DNA of 64,000 bases from Cyanobacteria bacterium P01_A01_bin.123 (GCA_039815185.1 JBCBZT010000003.1:128001-192000); one strand, 5' to 3'. Counted from the stretch's first letter, positions 29,808-39,907 are shown. Program-made: numbers and translations. Notes: generated from the sequence alone by a model not told the origin.

Positions 29808-32800
29808 CTAGCACTCGATTGCACCAAGGGCTTTCAAAGTCTGTTTCTCTGATTCTGCCAAGCCTTTAACGCCCATGATATTCATACCAGCATAAGGTTT
29901 ATTATTAAAAGTCTTTATGCAATTGCCTGACTGAACATCCCAAACCCTTATAGTTTCATCTAAACTGCCACTAACTAGGATTTTGCTGTCATGGCTAAAC
30001 TTAATGCAAGTTACTAAATTAGTGTGTCCCACAAGAGATCTAATACAATCTAAAGTACGAACATTCCAAATTTTGATAACTTTACCTTCACCTCCGCCAG
30101 CTAGATTTAACCCATCATCACTAAATTCGACTGAATACATTTTCGAATTTTCGTAGAAAACTTTAAGGCACTCTCCTGAATAAATATCCCAGATTCTTAC
30201 AGTCTTATCAGCTGCTGCGCTTACCAAGAGATTCCCATCTGGATGAATTGAGATTGACCAAAGCTGACTGTTATGTCCTTTTAAGGTATTGAGACATTTT
30301 CCTGATTGAAAATCCCAAACTTTTATGGTTTTATCTGCACTAGCACTGACCATTAGTTTTTCATGTAAATCAACTGCTATCGCTTGCAGTCTACGTGTAT
30401 GACCTCTCAAAACTCTAAGGCATTCTCCGTTGCTAACATCCAAAATTTTGATTGTGTTATCTTCACCTCCACAAACTATATTTTCCCCATCGGGAGTGAA
30501 TAAAATAGACTGATTCCAGCTAGCATTCACAGGCCAAGTTTTGAGATCTTTACCAGTGTTTAAATCCCAGATTCTTAAGTCTTTACCATACTCTATGCTG
30601 GCTATGAATTTGTTGGTCGGATTAAATCGAACAGCATTTATTGATTTATGATTTCCTTGAAAGGCCTTGAGACTTTTTTCGGTTTCTATGTCCCAGATTG
30701 TGATTGAGGAATCATCACTTCCACTCACCAGCATCTTATTATTTGAGCTGATATCTACTGACATCACATAGCTTGTGTACCCCTCCAGTAAGTCGAGACA
30801 CTTTTGGTTATCTAGGTTCAATAACTTTACTTTTGCGCCTCCAGCAGTTAATAAAAGCTTGGCGTTAGAAGTTTTTGCTATCGAAATAGCTCGTAGCTCA
30901 AAGTCTTCTTGAATAAATTTAAAGCATTGACCAGTATTAACATCCCAGAATCTTATAGTCTGATCATAACCGCTACTGATCAAAAGGTTATCATCAAATC
31001 CTCTTATGACAGACTTCACTCTGCATGTATGCCCTTGAAGAGTTCTGAAACATTCCCCAGTTACAACATCCCAAATTCTTATTGTTTTATCAGCACTACC
31101 ACTAGCCAAAAGCTTGCCATAAAGTAGAAATTCTACTGACAATACTGAATCACTATGTCCATGCAAGGTCTTAAGACATTGTCCCGATTTAATGTCCCAA
31201 AGCTTGACTGAATTATCTGCACTACCACTAGCTAAAATACTGCTATGTGAATCGAATGATACAGATAAAACAGGATCATTATGTCCACTTAAATTCTCAA
31301 GGCATTTCTCGGATTTAATGTCCCAGAGCTTTACTAAATTATCTGTACTACCACTAGCTAAGAGTTTTTCATTTCTATGTATTGCTACGGACTGGACATA
31401 ATCAGTATGTCCCTTGAGAAGGCCAATACATGTTCCGGTTTCAATATTCCAAACTCTTATACTTTGATCATGACTACCAGTAGTGAGTATTTTCCCACTA
31501 GTGCTGAAAGCTACTGTTTGGACTGAGTCAGTGTGTCCTTGCAAAATTAAAGACTGCTTGATTTTTCTGCTATCAGTAATTTGGCAAAGCTGAATATTTC
31601 CATTTGTTTCACCAAGGGCTAGAAAATTCCCATTAGGACTGAGGTCTGCCGTATAAATACCTCCTATAGTTTTCGGCAGAATGAGATGACTCAGCCAAGC
31701 ATCAGAAAGATTTGTTCGTCGAAGCTTAGCAGTTGTTAGATCAGCTCCTACAATTCTACTTTTACTAAGATCAATGTTTTCTAGGGCTGATGGATTTAAT
31801 TTTAGCAATAAAGTCATTGCATTGCCGCCAATATATTCTTTTGCCGCGCTTGGAAAATTCCGAGTTTCTAAAATAATTCCAAGTAGCTTATTACGCATTT
31901 CCTCGCTGTTAGATAACATCGGTAAAATCAAATCAATTACTGACTTTGTTAATTGTATTTTTCCAAAATCAGATAGTGATGTAACTGGTGGTTTCTCCTT
32001 TGATAGATCTGAGATTTCATCAAAGTCAGGTGCTAATACGCCCATTTCAGAGCCAAATTTGTAAGCAACGAAGAACTCAAGTAGTGAACGATGGGCTGGC
32101 GTGTAATCTCCCTCGGCGTTACGAATCAGCATGGTTTGCCCCATCATGTCGTAATGCCAATGATCCAGATCTTTCTGCTCCTCCACTGCTGGCCCGAATA
32201 ACTTCCGAATGCGATCGGGAAACTCGCGATAATTAATACTCATCCGGTCCGTCGAAAGCATTTCCCAAGACAGCTCACACATGAAATAGAGCTTATCCGC
32301 CATCGATGTAAACGTCCGCTCGGCCTTGATATCTCGCTCCATCTTGTGGCGTACGGCATACAGATACACCCGCGACATATCCACAGGTTTACCCGCCTCA
32401 ATATCCGGCAACGCCTCCAAAATTAGCTCTGTCAACACCGGGCGATGGGCCAAATCCAACAGTTGAGGATTGCCCATAATTTGTTCAACTGTCGAAGGTT
32501 TTGCCTGATGCGACAATACCTGCCGAATCTGCTCATCATTGAACTTCTCTAGCTCCAACACCTCAAACTGAGGCGTTTCCCCGGTCAAATCCTTCGTCGA
32601 GGCTTGTAGTTCTGCATTCAGTAGCGCCCGCCCTTCTTTTGCTTCTGGGAAATGCTCGGTACGACATGTAAGGATGACCTTGGCTCCCGGCACCACCACC
32701 TTCGCCAATTCCCAGAAATTGTTGATCATCTGCTGACGGTCGACGCGGGCTGCCATTTCATCGAAGCCGTCAAAAATCAACAGCAGCTTGCCCATCCGGT

Positions 32801-33482
32801 TGAGCTGCTCAAACGCTGAATAGCCCGGAATCGGAATCTCGTGCTTACGGAAGAAGAACTCAGAAAATAACGATTCTACACTGACCGCTTTGGCATAGTC
32901 TCGCAGCGGCACTACCAACGGCAGCCGGGGGCGTTCCAGGCCCCTTTGTTTGGCTTCGCCGTAACGCTGAAGCGCCTTCCAAGCGTAGTGAAAAGCAAAC
33001 CAGGTTTTACCCGTGCCAAATTCACCTAGGACAGAAATATGCTCTTTAGCGGGGTCATCTAGCCAAAGATCCAAGTAGCCCTCAATCCACCCATCCCGCT
33101 CGTCGTAGCGGCTGATGCCCATACGCTGATGGGTGTCAGGATCAATCTCCTCTTTGATGCAGGCCAAGGGCACATAGTTCTGGTCAATGCCCCGCTGCTG
33201 AATTTCAGCCTCTAGCCAAGTTAGGTAGCCGCTAAAGTCGGCATCCTGATCAAGCAGTTCATCAAAGGTGTAGCAGCCCAAACCATCATTTTCTGCTTTC
33301 TCGATCTCATCCCGTGCCGCCCGACTAATTCGCCGTGCAGTGACTAACCAGCCCTCATCTGTACGATGGGTCTCAACCGATTGCCTCAACACCTCAACAT
33401 CTGATAGCCCCGCTTCACCATCAATGCCTAGCACCAGAATGCGATCGTAACGACCCGTCTCACCGGGATATTGATGATCCAC
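29808..33482 (-). CDS. NACHT NTPase + short pentapeptide stretch + about 14 WD40 repeats (intact 3' part of a split gene)
   Basis: Walker A GEFGTGKT, Walker B LLIFDGFDEM, ILTCR, HRSLLEFF; GH..V.SV..S.S.D.TIR.WD repeats. Confidence 0.92.
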   Translation of the reverse strand: MDHQYPGETGRYDRILVLGIDGEAGLSDVEVLRQSVETHRTDEGWLVTARRISRAARDEIEKAENDGLGCYTFDELLDQDADFSGYLTWLEAEIQQRGIDQNYVPLACIKEEIDPDTHQRMGISRYDERDGWIEGYLDLWLDDPAKEHISVLGEFGTGKTWFAFHYAWKALQRYGEAKQRGLERPRLPLVVPLRDYAKAVSVESLFSEFFFRKHEIPIPGYSAFEQLNRMGKLLLIFDGFDEMAARVDRQQMINNFWELAKVVVPGAKVILTCRTEHFPEAKEGRALLNAELQASTKDLTGETPQFEVLELEKFNDEQIRQVLSHQAKPSTVEQIMGNPQLLDLAHRPVLTELILEALPDIEAGKPVDMSRVYLYAVRHKMERDIKAERTFTSMADKLYFMCELSWEMLSTDRMSINYREFPDRIRKLFGPAVEEQKDLDHWHYDMMGQTMLIRNAEGDYTPAHRSLLEFFVAYKFGSEMGVLAPDFDEISDLSKEKPPVTSLSDFGKIQLTKSVIDLILPMLSNSEEMRNKLLGIILETRNFPSAAKEYIGGNAMTLLLKLNPSALENIDLSKSRIVGADLTTAKLRRTNLSDAWLSHLILPKTIGGIYTADLSPNGNFLALGETNGNIQLCQITDSRKIKQSLILQGHTDSVQTVAFSTSGKILTTGSHDQSIRVWNIETGTCIGLLKGHTDYVQSVAIHRNEKLLASGSTDNLVKLWDIKSEKCLENLSGHNDPVLSVSFDSHSSILASGSADNSVKLWDIKSGQCLKTLHGHSDSVLSVEFLLYGKLLASGSADKTIRIWDVVTGECFRTLQGHTCRVKSVIRGFDDNLLISSGYDQTIRFWDVNTGQCFKFIQEDFELRAISIAKTSNAKLLLTAGGAKVKLLNLDNQKCLDLLEGYTSYVMSVDISSNNKMLVSGSDDSSITIWDIETEKSLKAFQGNHKSINAVRFNPTNKFIASIEYGKDLRIWDLNTGKDLKTWPVNASWNQSILFTPDGENIVCGGEDNTIKILDVSNGECLRVLRGHTRRLQAIAVDLHEKLMVSASADKTIKVWDFQSGKCLNTLKGHNSQLWSISIHPDGNLLVSAAADKTVRIWDIYSGECLKVFYENSKMYSVEFSDDGLNLAGGGEGKVIKIWNVRTLDCIRSLVGHTNLVTCIKFSHDSKILVSGSLDETIRVWDVQSGNCIKTFNNKPYAGMNIMGVKGLAESEKQTLKALGAIEC

Positions 33483-34147
33483 TCAAAACAATCATCCTGC
33501 CAGACTTCATGGGACTCTAACCGGAATCCCAACGTCTCAAACCAGCCCCGCATTTGTTGAGCCATCGCAAAAGCTTTGCATTGTTCAGCGCCAAAAGTCA
33601 CCGATCCCGGTAAGGCCAGATACTCCTGAGCTGCCAGTCGGGCCATTTCAGTCCGCATACCTTCTAAAGTCGGCAGACGATTTAGTCGTTCTTGTAGGGT
33701 GCCAATTTGTCGATGGAGCGACTCTAGCTTTTGCTGGGCTAAAATTTCGGCTGGCGTCCGGGTGCGTTTAGCCACTTCAATAAACACAGCGGCAAATTCG
33801 TAGAACTCTCGGCGCACATCGACTTGATTGCGCTGAATGGCTGCACCCAAAGGATGCTCAGTCAGAAAAGCTTCGCCCTACTGTAACAGCCTAGCTGGGT
33901 TATTTTGTGCCAACGCTTCCCGAAAAAGCTGCTGAATTTCGGGTTGCCGAAAAATTTCTAATACAGGTTTAGGCTTACCCACCCCGTATTCCACCAAGGC
34001 GTATTGGTAGACCCCCGTAAAATCAGCTGGAGGGTGGTCTGGATCAAGCTTGAGCTGTTTGAGCAGCTTGATCACTGTCTCATTGCGAGACATGCTCTCT
34101 ACAGCCGCATCGAAAAGCAGATCGATCAGATTATCCAGACCAAACAC
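33428..34147 (-). pseudogene. 5' part of the NACHT-WD40 gene, interrupted by an in-frame TAG (33878-33880) and a 1-nt frameshift (about 33454-33456)
   Basis: ORFs 33878-34147 and 33428-33850 share a frame (LLQ*GEAFLTEHPLGAA); IPVRR joins GRYDRILV if one G is added to GGG. Confidence 0.82.
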
Positions 34148-34220
34148 AGGCGTTCTCCCAGAGCTTTACTCTAGTGAAACTCAATTTTTGGGTGTCAGGT
34201 CAAAAATCTACCGACATATT

Positions 34221-35267
34221 TTAGAGCAGGGCTTGGTGGCAGAAAATCTCAGCCTGAGCGGGAGGTAGTTCATTGGCAATCAGTTTCACCAATTGGTTAG
34301 GCGTTGTCGGATGATGAGTGGCAATAATCTCATCGACAATCACCTGCGCCATTGGGCCAATGTCGTCAACCAGAGACTGCTGACATTTTTCGATAAAGGC
34401 ATTTGTTAATGCCGGTGCGTTTGAACTGTAGGGTTGCTCAACCCTTTCACTAGGCAAAACGCTGTGGCGAAAGCGGATCGCCTCTTGTGGATCAGGAATT
34501 TTATCAGCGACTAGATCAATGAGTTGACTGGGTGTTCTGGGGCGGTGCAGCTTGATAATATCGTCTAAAACTAGAGCCACCACCGGGTCAATGAAATACT
34601 CAGACAGCTTACGCTGACATTGCTCTAAAAGTGTCGGGTTCCAGGCTGCGGGGGGAGTCTTGCAATCTGTAATCAGGTGATTGTCAAGATGGGCCGGTTT
34701 CTCAAAACCAGATGTTTTAACCTGTACAATCGTTTGAGATTGCCGAGTTTTGGAAATGCTAGCCTGAGACACATCAGGTTGATGGCCGCTCACCTGAGCC
34801 ACCTGAGCCATCACTTTGAGCTGATCTGGCCACTTGACAACAGCAGGGTTCGGCAGTGGGCTAAGGTTTTGCGCAGTAGGGGCGAGGCAAGTCCCCGTGA
34901 GGATAGCTGCCTCTAAATCAGCCTCAGTCGTCTGCGCCTGAAACAAATCTGCATGGCTGAGGTTAGCACTACTGAGGTTGGCACTGCTGAGGTTAGCCTG
35001 ACGCAGATTGGCAGACGCTAGATTAGCCTCACTCAAATACGCATTGCTGAGGTCAGCGCCACTCAAATCCGCGTTGCGGAGGTCAGCGCCAATCAGGCAG
35101 GCTCGGCTGAGATTAGCACCCCTCAAGTTAGCGCCCCTCAAGTCAATTTCAAACAGATAACATTTGCTCAGGTCTGCACCACTCAGAGCTGGCACCAGGG
35201 TCGGGTTATTGATTCGCCACTGATTCCATTGGTCTACATCACATTCAAGCAAACGTTGATAATCCAT
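34221..35267 (-). CDS. Pentapeptide repeat protein with duplicated C-terminal helical domain
   Basis: WNQWR..LSGADLS repeats; two copies of E.CQ..L....(D/G)P..(L/I)..H.P.TP.QL..L.A. Confidence 0.85.
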   Translation of the reverse strand: MDYQRLLECDVDQWNQWRINNPTLVPALSGADLSKCYLFEIDLRGANLRGANLSRACLIGADLRNADLSGADLSNAYLSEANLASANLRQANLSSANLSSANLSHADLFQAQTTEADLEAAILTGTCLAPTAQNLSPLPNPAVVKWPDQLKVMAQVAQVSGHQPDVSQASISKTRQSQTIVQVKTSGFEKPAHLDNHLITDCKTPPAAWNPTLLEQCQRKLSEYFIDPVVALVLDDIIKLHRPRTPSQLIDLVADKIPDPQEAIRFRHSVLPSERVEQPYSSNAPALTNAFIEKCQQSLVDDIGPMAQVIVDEIIATHHPTTPNQLVKLIANELPPAQAEIFCHQALL

Positions 35268-35627
35268 GGTTGACTCGACTTTGCCTAGGCGACTCACTCA
35301 ATGCTTCAAAGCCCCATGCTGTCATTTCTGAGACTAGATACTAGAAGTTGCCTTTGTTGCATCTACAGAAAAAGTACAGGCAATAACCCTGAACTTTTGA
35401 CAGGCATGGATGTGTTGACAGCTATGGGATAGACCGAAATTGTGCTAACGCAGCTGCCTTAATTATTAAGTTACGTGATTCAATACTTAAACATTCTCAT
35501 CCGACAATCGTGATTTGGCGATCGCTGCTTACGAATTCTTCATGCGCATTACGGATAGTGAATGAACTTCTTGCACCAATCAGCTTAGTAGAGCTGCCCA
35601 GAAGTAGACAGTATTCTAACTATCGCA

Positions 35628-36263
35628 CTAGCTAGCTGCCCGCAGGTTAGATTGCACCATACCCATGGTTTCGCATGCAACTGCTTCCCAAGCCTCTGTT
35701 TTCATCTTGAGGGGAGCTGCAATGTCTAAGCATTGAAATGCCAGCGTATCTGCTACCTTGGTCGCGATCGCCTTGGCTGTTATCCCTTTAGGCAGGTTAA
35801 GGTGCGGAAACGGATAACAATCAATGTCTTGCCAAAACACAAGCTCACAGTCATAAAATCCATCTGCGTTGAGAAAGTGGCTGGCTTTGAGAATTTGGAG
35901 TCGATGGGTATTGATAGAAATTCCGCGCTGGCGTTTTTCTGTAATTTCTTTTTTCTTCTCAATTGCTTTCGGGGTTTGCGTGTCGCGTAAAGGCCCCAAA
36001 AAATCCATATAGATGTGCAAATCCATTGGTGTTGAGACTACCACCATCTTGGCTGAGTTAAGTTTCTGCCGCCTGGGACTATACATCCAGGTTCTAACTG
36101 CCCGAGGTGTGTCTCTTCCGTCTAATAGGTGAATAAAGCCAAACTCACCGTCAATTGATTTTGTTATTTGAAAGGGCTGATTTGTCGTGGCCTCGCCTTC
36201 ACGAGACCAAAGCGTTTGACGAATAAAACCTAAACTATCTTCAAGAATCCGATCGAATAACAT
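35628..36263 (-). CDS. Hypothetical protein
   Basis: 211-aa open frame with globular composition; no family recognised. Confidence 0.7.
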   Translation of the reverse strand: MLFDRILEDSLGFIRQTLWSREGEATTNQPFQITKSIDGEFGFIHLLDGRDTPRAVRTWMYSPRRQKLNSAKMVVVSTPMDLHIYMDFLGPLRDTQTPKAIEKKKEITEKRQRGISINTHRLQILKASHFLNADGFYDCELVFWQDIDCYPFPHLNLPKGITAKAIATKVADTLAFQCLDIAAPLKMKTEAWEAVACETMGMVQSNLRAAS

Positions 36264-36496
36264 GGCATCATGCCCCTGAAAGTGCACCATTAAAGACTCG
36301 GGTTGCCTGATCTGCAAGTGGCGAGACTCAATACGGCTGTCAGTCCTTACTGACTCAAGTTCTGTGCATCAGGCTGTTCCATTTCCATGATGGGTTTCTG
36401 GGACGATCTACATCCAAGGGAAAATCACTTAATTTGACGCTCTAGTATTTTTGAAAGCTCCGTAATTATGGCCATGAAAATTATCGCTAAATAGTT

Positions 36497-37345
36497 TCAA
36501 AGCAGGATGTCGAGCCCAAAGTCTTCGCAGATTTGACGAACGGCGATCGCCCATCCTGTTGGCCCCGGTGCAGGCGCGATCGCCCAACCGCGATCGCGCA
36601 ATTGAGCATGTGCCCCATCCTTACCTGGAATCACAATCGGCCGATCGACGTTTTCGAGCATGTCAAGATCGTTGGGGCTGTTGCCTAAGCCCACAGTGAC
36701 TATGGTTTTCTCAGGGGGCAGAATGGACTGATATAGCGCCCGTAGTTGCAGCACCGTTGCTCCTTTCCCAGCTTCACCCCCGATTAGGTGCGAAAAGCGA
36801 TCGCCCACGACTACCCGAAAGCCCATCTCTTCGACTGCTTCTGTAAGCCGACTAGCGTCTACATTTTTAGGCGTTAAAAAGGGCTCACTAAATTCTCGGC
36901 TTTTGGCTTGCTGGGCGTCTGCTTTGGATAATCCAGTCAACTGCTGAATTTGATCGACCGCGAGATCACCGAATCCCTTAAGTGGACGACCGAGAGATTG
37001 GGCGATCGCTTTGAGCCCAGCCCGCGCCATCACATACTGACAGCCCAACAGCAGCAGGCGATAATCGCCAACATCGTCTCCCTCTGGCAGGTCAAAGGGC
37101 GTACCGCTGGTCGGGATGAATACCCCACTGCCGTTTTCGACAATAAATGGGTCACTGAGCCCAATTTGCTGGCGTAGCGTTTCCACCTCCGCCCGAGTTT
37201 TGCTGGTCACCGGAATCACCGGAATGCCTTGGTCTTTGAATCCGTTGATCAGCGGCAAGGCCGGTGCATAACTGTAGGTCTCAGAATCGAGCAGGGTGCC
37301 GTCGAGGTCGGTAAAGATTAGAAGTTGGGAAGTAGCCTGCATCAT
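36497..37345 (-). CDS. HAD-IIB glucosyl/mannosyl-3-phosphoglycerate phosphatase family
   Basis: FTDLDGTLLD, TSKTRAE, FIVENG, REFSEPF, GLGNSPNDLDML. Confidence 0.9.
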   Translation of the reverse strand: MMQATSQLLIFTDLDGTLLDSETYSYAPALPLINGFKDQGIPVIPVTSKTRAEVETLRQQIGLSDPFIVENGSGVFIPTSGTPFDLPEGDDVGDYRLLLLGCQYVMARAGLKAIAQSLGRPLKGFGDLAVDQIQQLTGLSKADAQQAKSREFSEPFLTPKNVDASRLTEAVEEMGFRVVVGDRFSHLIGGEAGKGATVLQLRALYQSILPPEKTIVTVGLGNSPNDLDMLENVDRPIVIPGKDGAHAQLRDRGWAIAPAPGPTGWAIAVRQICEDFGLDILL

Positions 37346-37556
37346 ATTGGCTTTGGTAGAACACAGCGGCAGCAAAGGTGCCTTTCAATTATCAACCCAA
37401 GGCGATCGCTCGCATAGTCTTCCCGTTGTTGCCGACCTAGCGGTTTACAATCCCTAACGATCCGTAAACCACAATTAACCCCCTGTAGGTTTTTATGCGC
37501 CCTAAACAGCGCTTAATTATCCAAAAAATGAAATTTACTTTCCAGGTAATTTAACT

Positions 37557-38045
37557 ATGACGAATATCAATCTAGTTCGATCTATGCAGTTGACTGCGAT
37601 CGCGCTGCTTGCAGGCACGACTTTAGCAGCCTGTGGTGCCCGTGATGCCGTCGAAGAGATTCCTGAGATTGTTGATAGTTCTGTCGATGAAGCCCTACAG
37701 TCGGAAGGCAAAACTTTTATGGGAACGATTGTGCGCGGTCAACAGGCTTATTTCTTGGGTGAAGGTCAATTTGCAGGGACATTAGAAGACCTGGCACTGG
37801 GACTCGCCCCTGAAACCGATCAATATACCTATGCCGTCGTTGAAGCTGATGATACTAAAGCCATCGCCACCGCAACGGCCAAGCAAGAAGGGTTCAAAAG
37901 CTACTCAGCAGCGGTATATGCAGTAGATGAAAGTACCGTTCGCTTGGTGTGTGAGGCAGATGAAGCTGGCAGTACTCCTCCCGGAGCCCCGCAACTGTCA
38001 GGAACCGAAGCCACTTGTCCAGCGGGGTCATCGGCAGTGGAGTAG
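37557..38045 (+). CDS. Lipoprotein with type IV pilin-like G/H domain
   Basis: Lipobox LAAC; QSEGKTFMGTIVRGQQAYFL..F...L..L, C-terminal Cys pair. Confidence 0.8.
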   Translation: MTNINLVRSMQLTAIALLAGTTLAACGARDAVEEIPEIVDSSVDEALQSEGKTFMGTIVRGQQAYFLGEGQFAGTLEDLALGLAPETDQYTYAVVEADDTKAIATATAKQEGFKSYSAAVYAVDESTVRLVCEADEAGSTPPGAPQLSGTEATCPAGSSAVE

Positions 38046-38185
38046 GTAGGGTCTTGTTCGGTGACTTTAATCAGTGTCATAGGCTAGGCTCAATAGGTCA
38101 GATTGAATGGATCAGCTGAGTTACGGCCAAATCGGGGAAAGATACCCTCTATCCTAGATAAGGATAGTCAGCTGATTACTCGCCC

Positions 38186-39118
38186 ATGAATCCGTCACCG
38201 TCTCAAGCCAACCCCGTCCTCAAAATTGCCGTTGTCGGTGATGTACACGATCAATGGGGGGCCGACGACGCGATCGCGCTGGATCATCTCAACCCTGATC
38301 TGGTTTTGTTTGTGGGGGATTTTGGCAACGAATCGGTGGAGATTACTGGGGCGATCGCTGCCCTCGATCGCCCCAAAGCAGTCATTCTGGGAAACCACGA
38401 TGCTTGGTACAGCGCCACCCACTGGGGACGAGAAAAATGTCCCTATGATCGCAGCCAAGAAGATTGGGTACAGCAGCAGCTTGATTTACTGGGCATCACC
38501 CATGTGGGTTACGGCAAACTGGATTTTCCTGATCTAGGTCTAAGCGTCGTTGGCGGACGCCCTTTTAGTTGGGGTGGCCCCGAATGGCGCAATAAGACGT
38601 TCTATCGCGAACGCTACGGCATCCATAATTTTGAAGAATCCACCGCGCGCATTTGCGAAGCTATCGATCAGACTCGCCAAAATACCTTAGTTTTCATCGG
38701 ACACTGTGGCCCGCAAGGTTTAGGTAAGACCCCAGAAGATCCCTGTGGGCGCGACTGGAAGCCCCTCGGTGGGGATTGGGGAGAACCGGACTTAACCAAC
38801 GCGATCGCCTATGCGCGACAATTGGGTAAACAGATTCCCCTGGTGACCTTTGGTCATATGCATCATGGGTTGCGCCACCGCAAAGATTGTCTGCGCAAAC
38901 GCTGGGATGTGGATGATACAGGCACGCTTTATCTGAATGCGGCTAGCGTGCCCCGCATCATGCAAACTGTAACGGGTACCCAGCGTAACTTTTCTTTGGT
39001 GACCCTAGATTGCCACCAGGTGCGGGATGCAGCACTCGTTTGGGTCAACCCCCATCGACCTTCAGTGCAGGCTGAGAGACTCTACAGTGCTAGTCCGTTG
39101 TCAGCTTCAACCGCTTAA
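38186..39118 (+). CDS. TIGR04168 / DevT-like metallophosphoesterase
   Basis: GDVH, FVGDFGNE, LGNHD, FGHMHH. Confidence 0.88.
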   Translation: MNPSPSQANPVLKIAVVGDVHDQWGADDAIALDHLNPDLVLFVGDFGNESVEITGAIAALDRPKAVILGNHDAWYSATHWGREKCPYDRSQEDWVQQQLDLLGITHVGYGKLDFPDLGLSVVGGRPFSWGGPEWRNKTFYRERYGIHNFEESTARICEAIDQTRQNTLVFIGHCGPQGLGKTPEDPCGRDWKPLGGDWGEPDLTNAIAYARQLGKQIPLVTFGHMHHGLRHRKDCLRKRWDVDDTGTLYLNAASVPRIMQTVTGTQRNFSLVTLDCHQVRDAALVWVNPHRPSVQAERLYSASPLSASTA

Positions 39119-39197
39119 TTTTGAAACAGCGGTCGATTTCTATTCAGGGATTAGGCTAGAATTTCCAAGTTAGCAGTTCGTTGGAGCTGCCCCACCG

Positions 39198-39282
39198 GGA
39201 GAGGTGGCAGAGTGGTCGATTGCGCTCGACTTGAAATCGAGTGAAGCGAAAGCTTCCGAGGGTTCGAATCCCTCCCTCTCCG
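39198..39282 (+). tRNA. tRNA-Ser(TGA)
   Basis: Acceptor GGAGAGG/CCTCTCC, anticodon arm CTCGA-CTTGAAA-TCGAG, long variable arm, GGTTCGAATCC. Confidence 0.97.
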
Positions 39283-39299
39283 TTGATGCTGCTAAAGGC

Positions 39300-39887
39300 T
39301 CAGGGCCTTTTGAGGAGCAAAGTTTGTAACGTATTCACCTGACGCTGATACTCGGCTTCGGTTAACACGGGAGTACTGGGAGTCGTCGCGAGGGTTGCAG
39401 CTAGCTCAATCCAAGATCGGCATCCCCCATAGCTGGTTTGATAAGGAATCGCGATTGCCTGGGTTAAGCGATGAACGCGTAGCAGCAAGACAAACAACGG
39501 CTGGTTCGGTTTCCAGTGAAATCGCTCTGCTGCGAACTGTTCAGTCCAAATGTGATGAGGCAGCAATGTGTCAACTGAGTGAGCCTGATCGATTGAAAAA
39601 ATGTGAGTAATCTCAGCCCAGGCTTTGATCGCCACTGAGTCAGGATGCCAACCAGAAGGAACCGATGTGACCTGAGTTTTATAAGCTGGTTTGAGTAGAT
39701 GGGGCTTTTGATGCTCATAGGTGGGATACAACCAAACGCGATCGCGTTTCACCGTAAAGCGCCCTGCCGCTTCTCGAATGCCGCCTTTCCGCAGCAGCAT
39801 GATAGTCTCACCTTGTGCCAAGGCATCAACAGCAATCGACCATTCTTTGAGGGCAGCTTGTAATCCTGTCGTTGTTTGGGTGGCCAT
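39300..39887 (-). CDS. DUF1802 family protein
   Basis: ALKEW, LLRKGGIRE, LYPTYEHQ, YGGCRSW. Confidence 0.9.
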   Translation of the reverse strand: MATQTTTGLQAALKEWSIAVDALAQGETIMLLRKGGIREAAGRFTVKRDRVWLYPTYEHQKPHLLKPAYKTQVTSVPSGWHPDSVAIKAWAEITHIFSIDQAHSVDTLLPHHIWTEQFAAERFHWKPNQPLFVLLLRVHRLTQAIAIPYQTSYGGCRSWIELAATLATTPSTPVLTEAEYQRQVNTLQTLLLKRP

Positions 39888-39907
39888 CAACTTCCCTATG
39901 GCAGCAA

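Noticed and set aside
29808..31650. WD40 repeats as a diversity-generating retroelement target or near-identical repeat array
   Set aside because: Repeats are divergent at the DNA level, and there is no reverse transcriptase or template repeat in the window
39198..39282. tRNA-Ser as an island attachment site
   Set aside because: No integrase and no duplicated tRNA 3' end found; flanking genes carry HIP1
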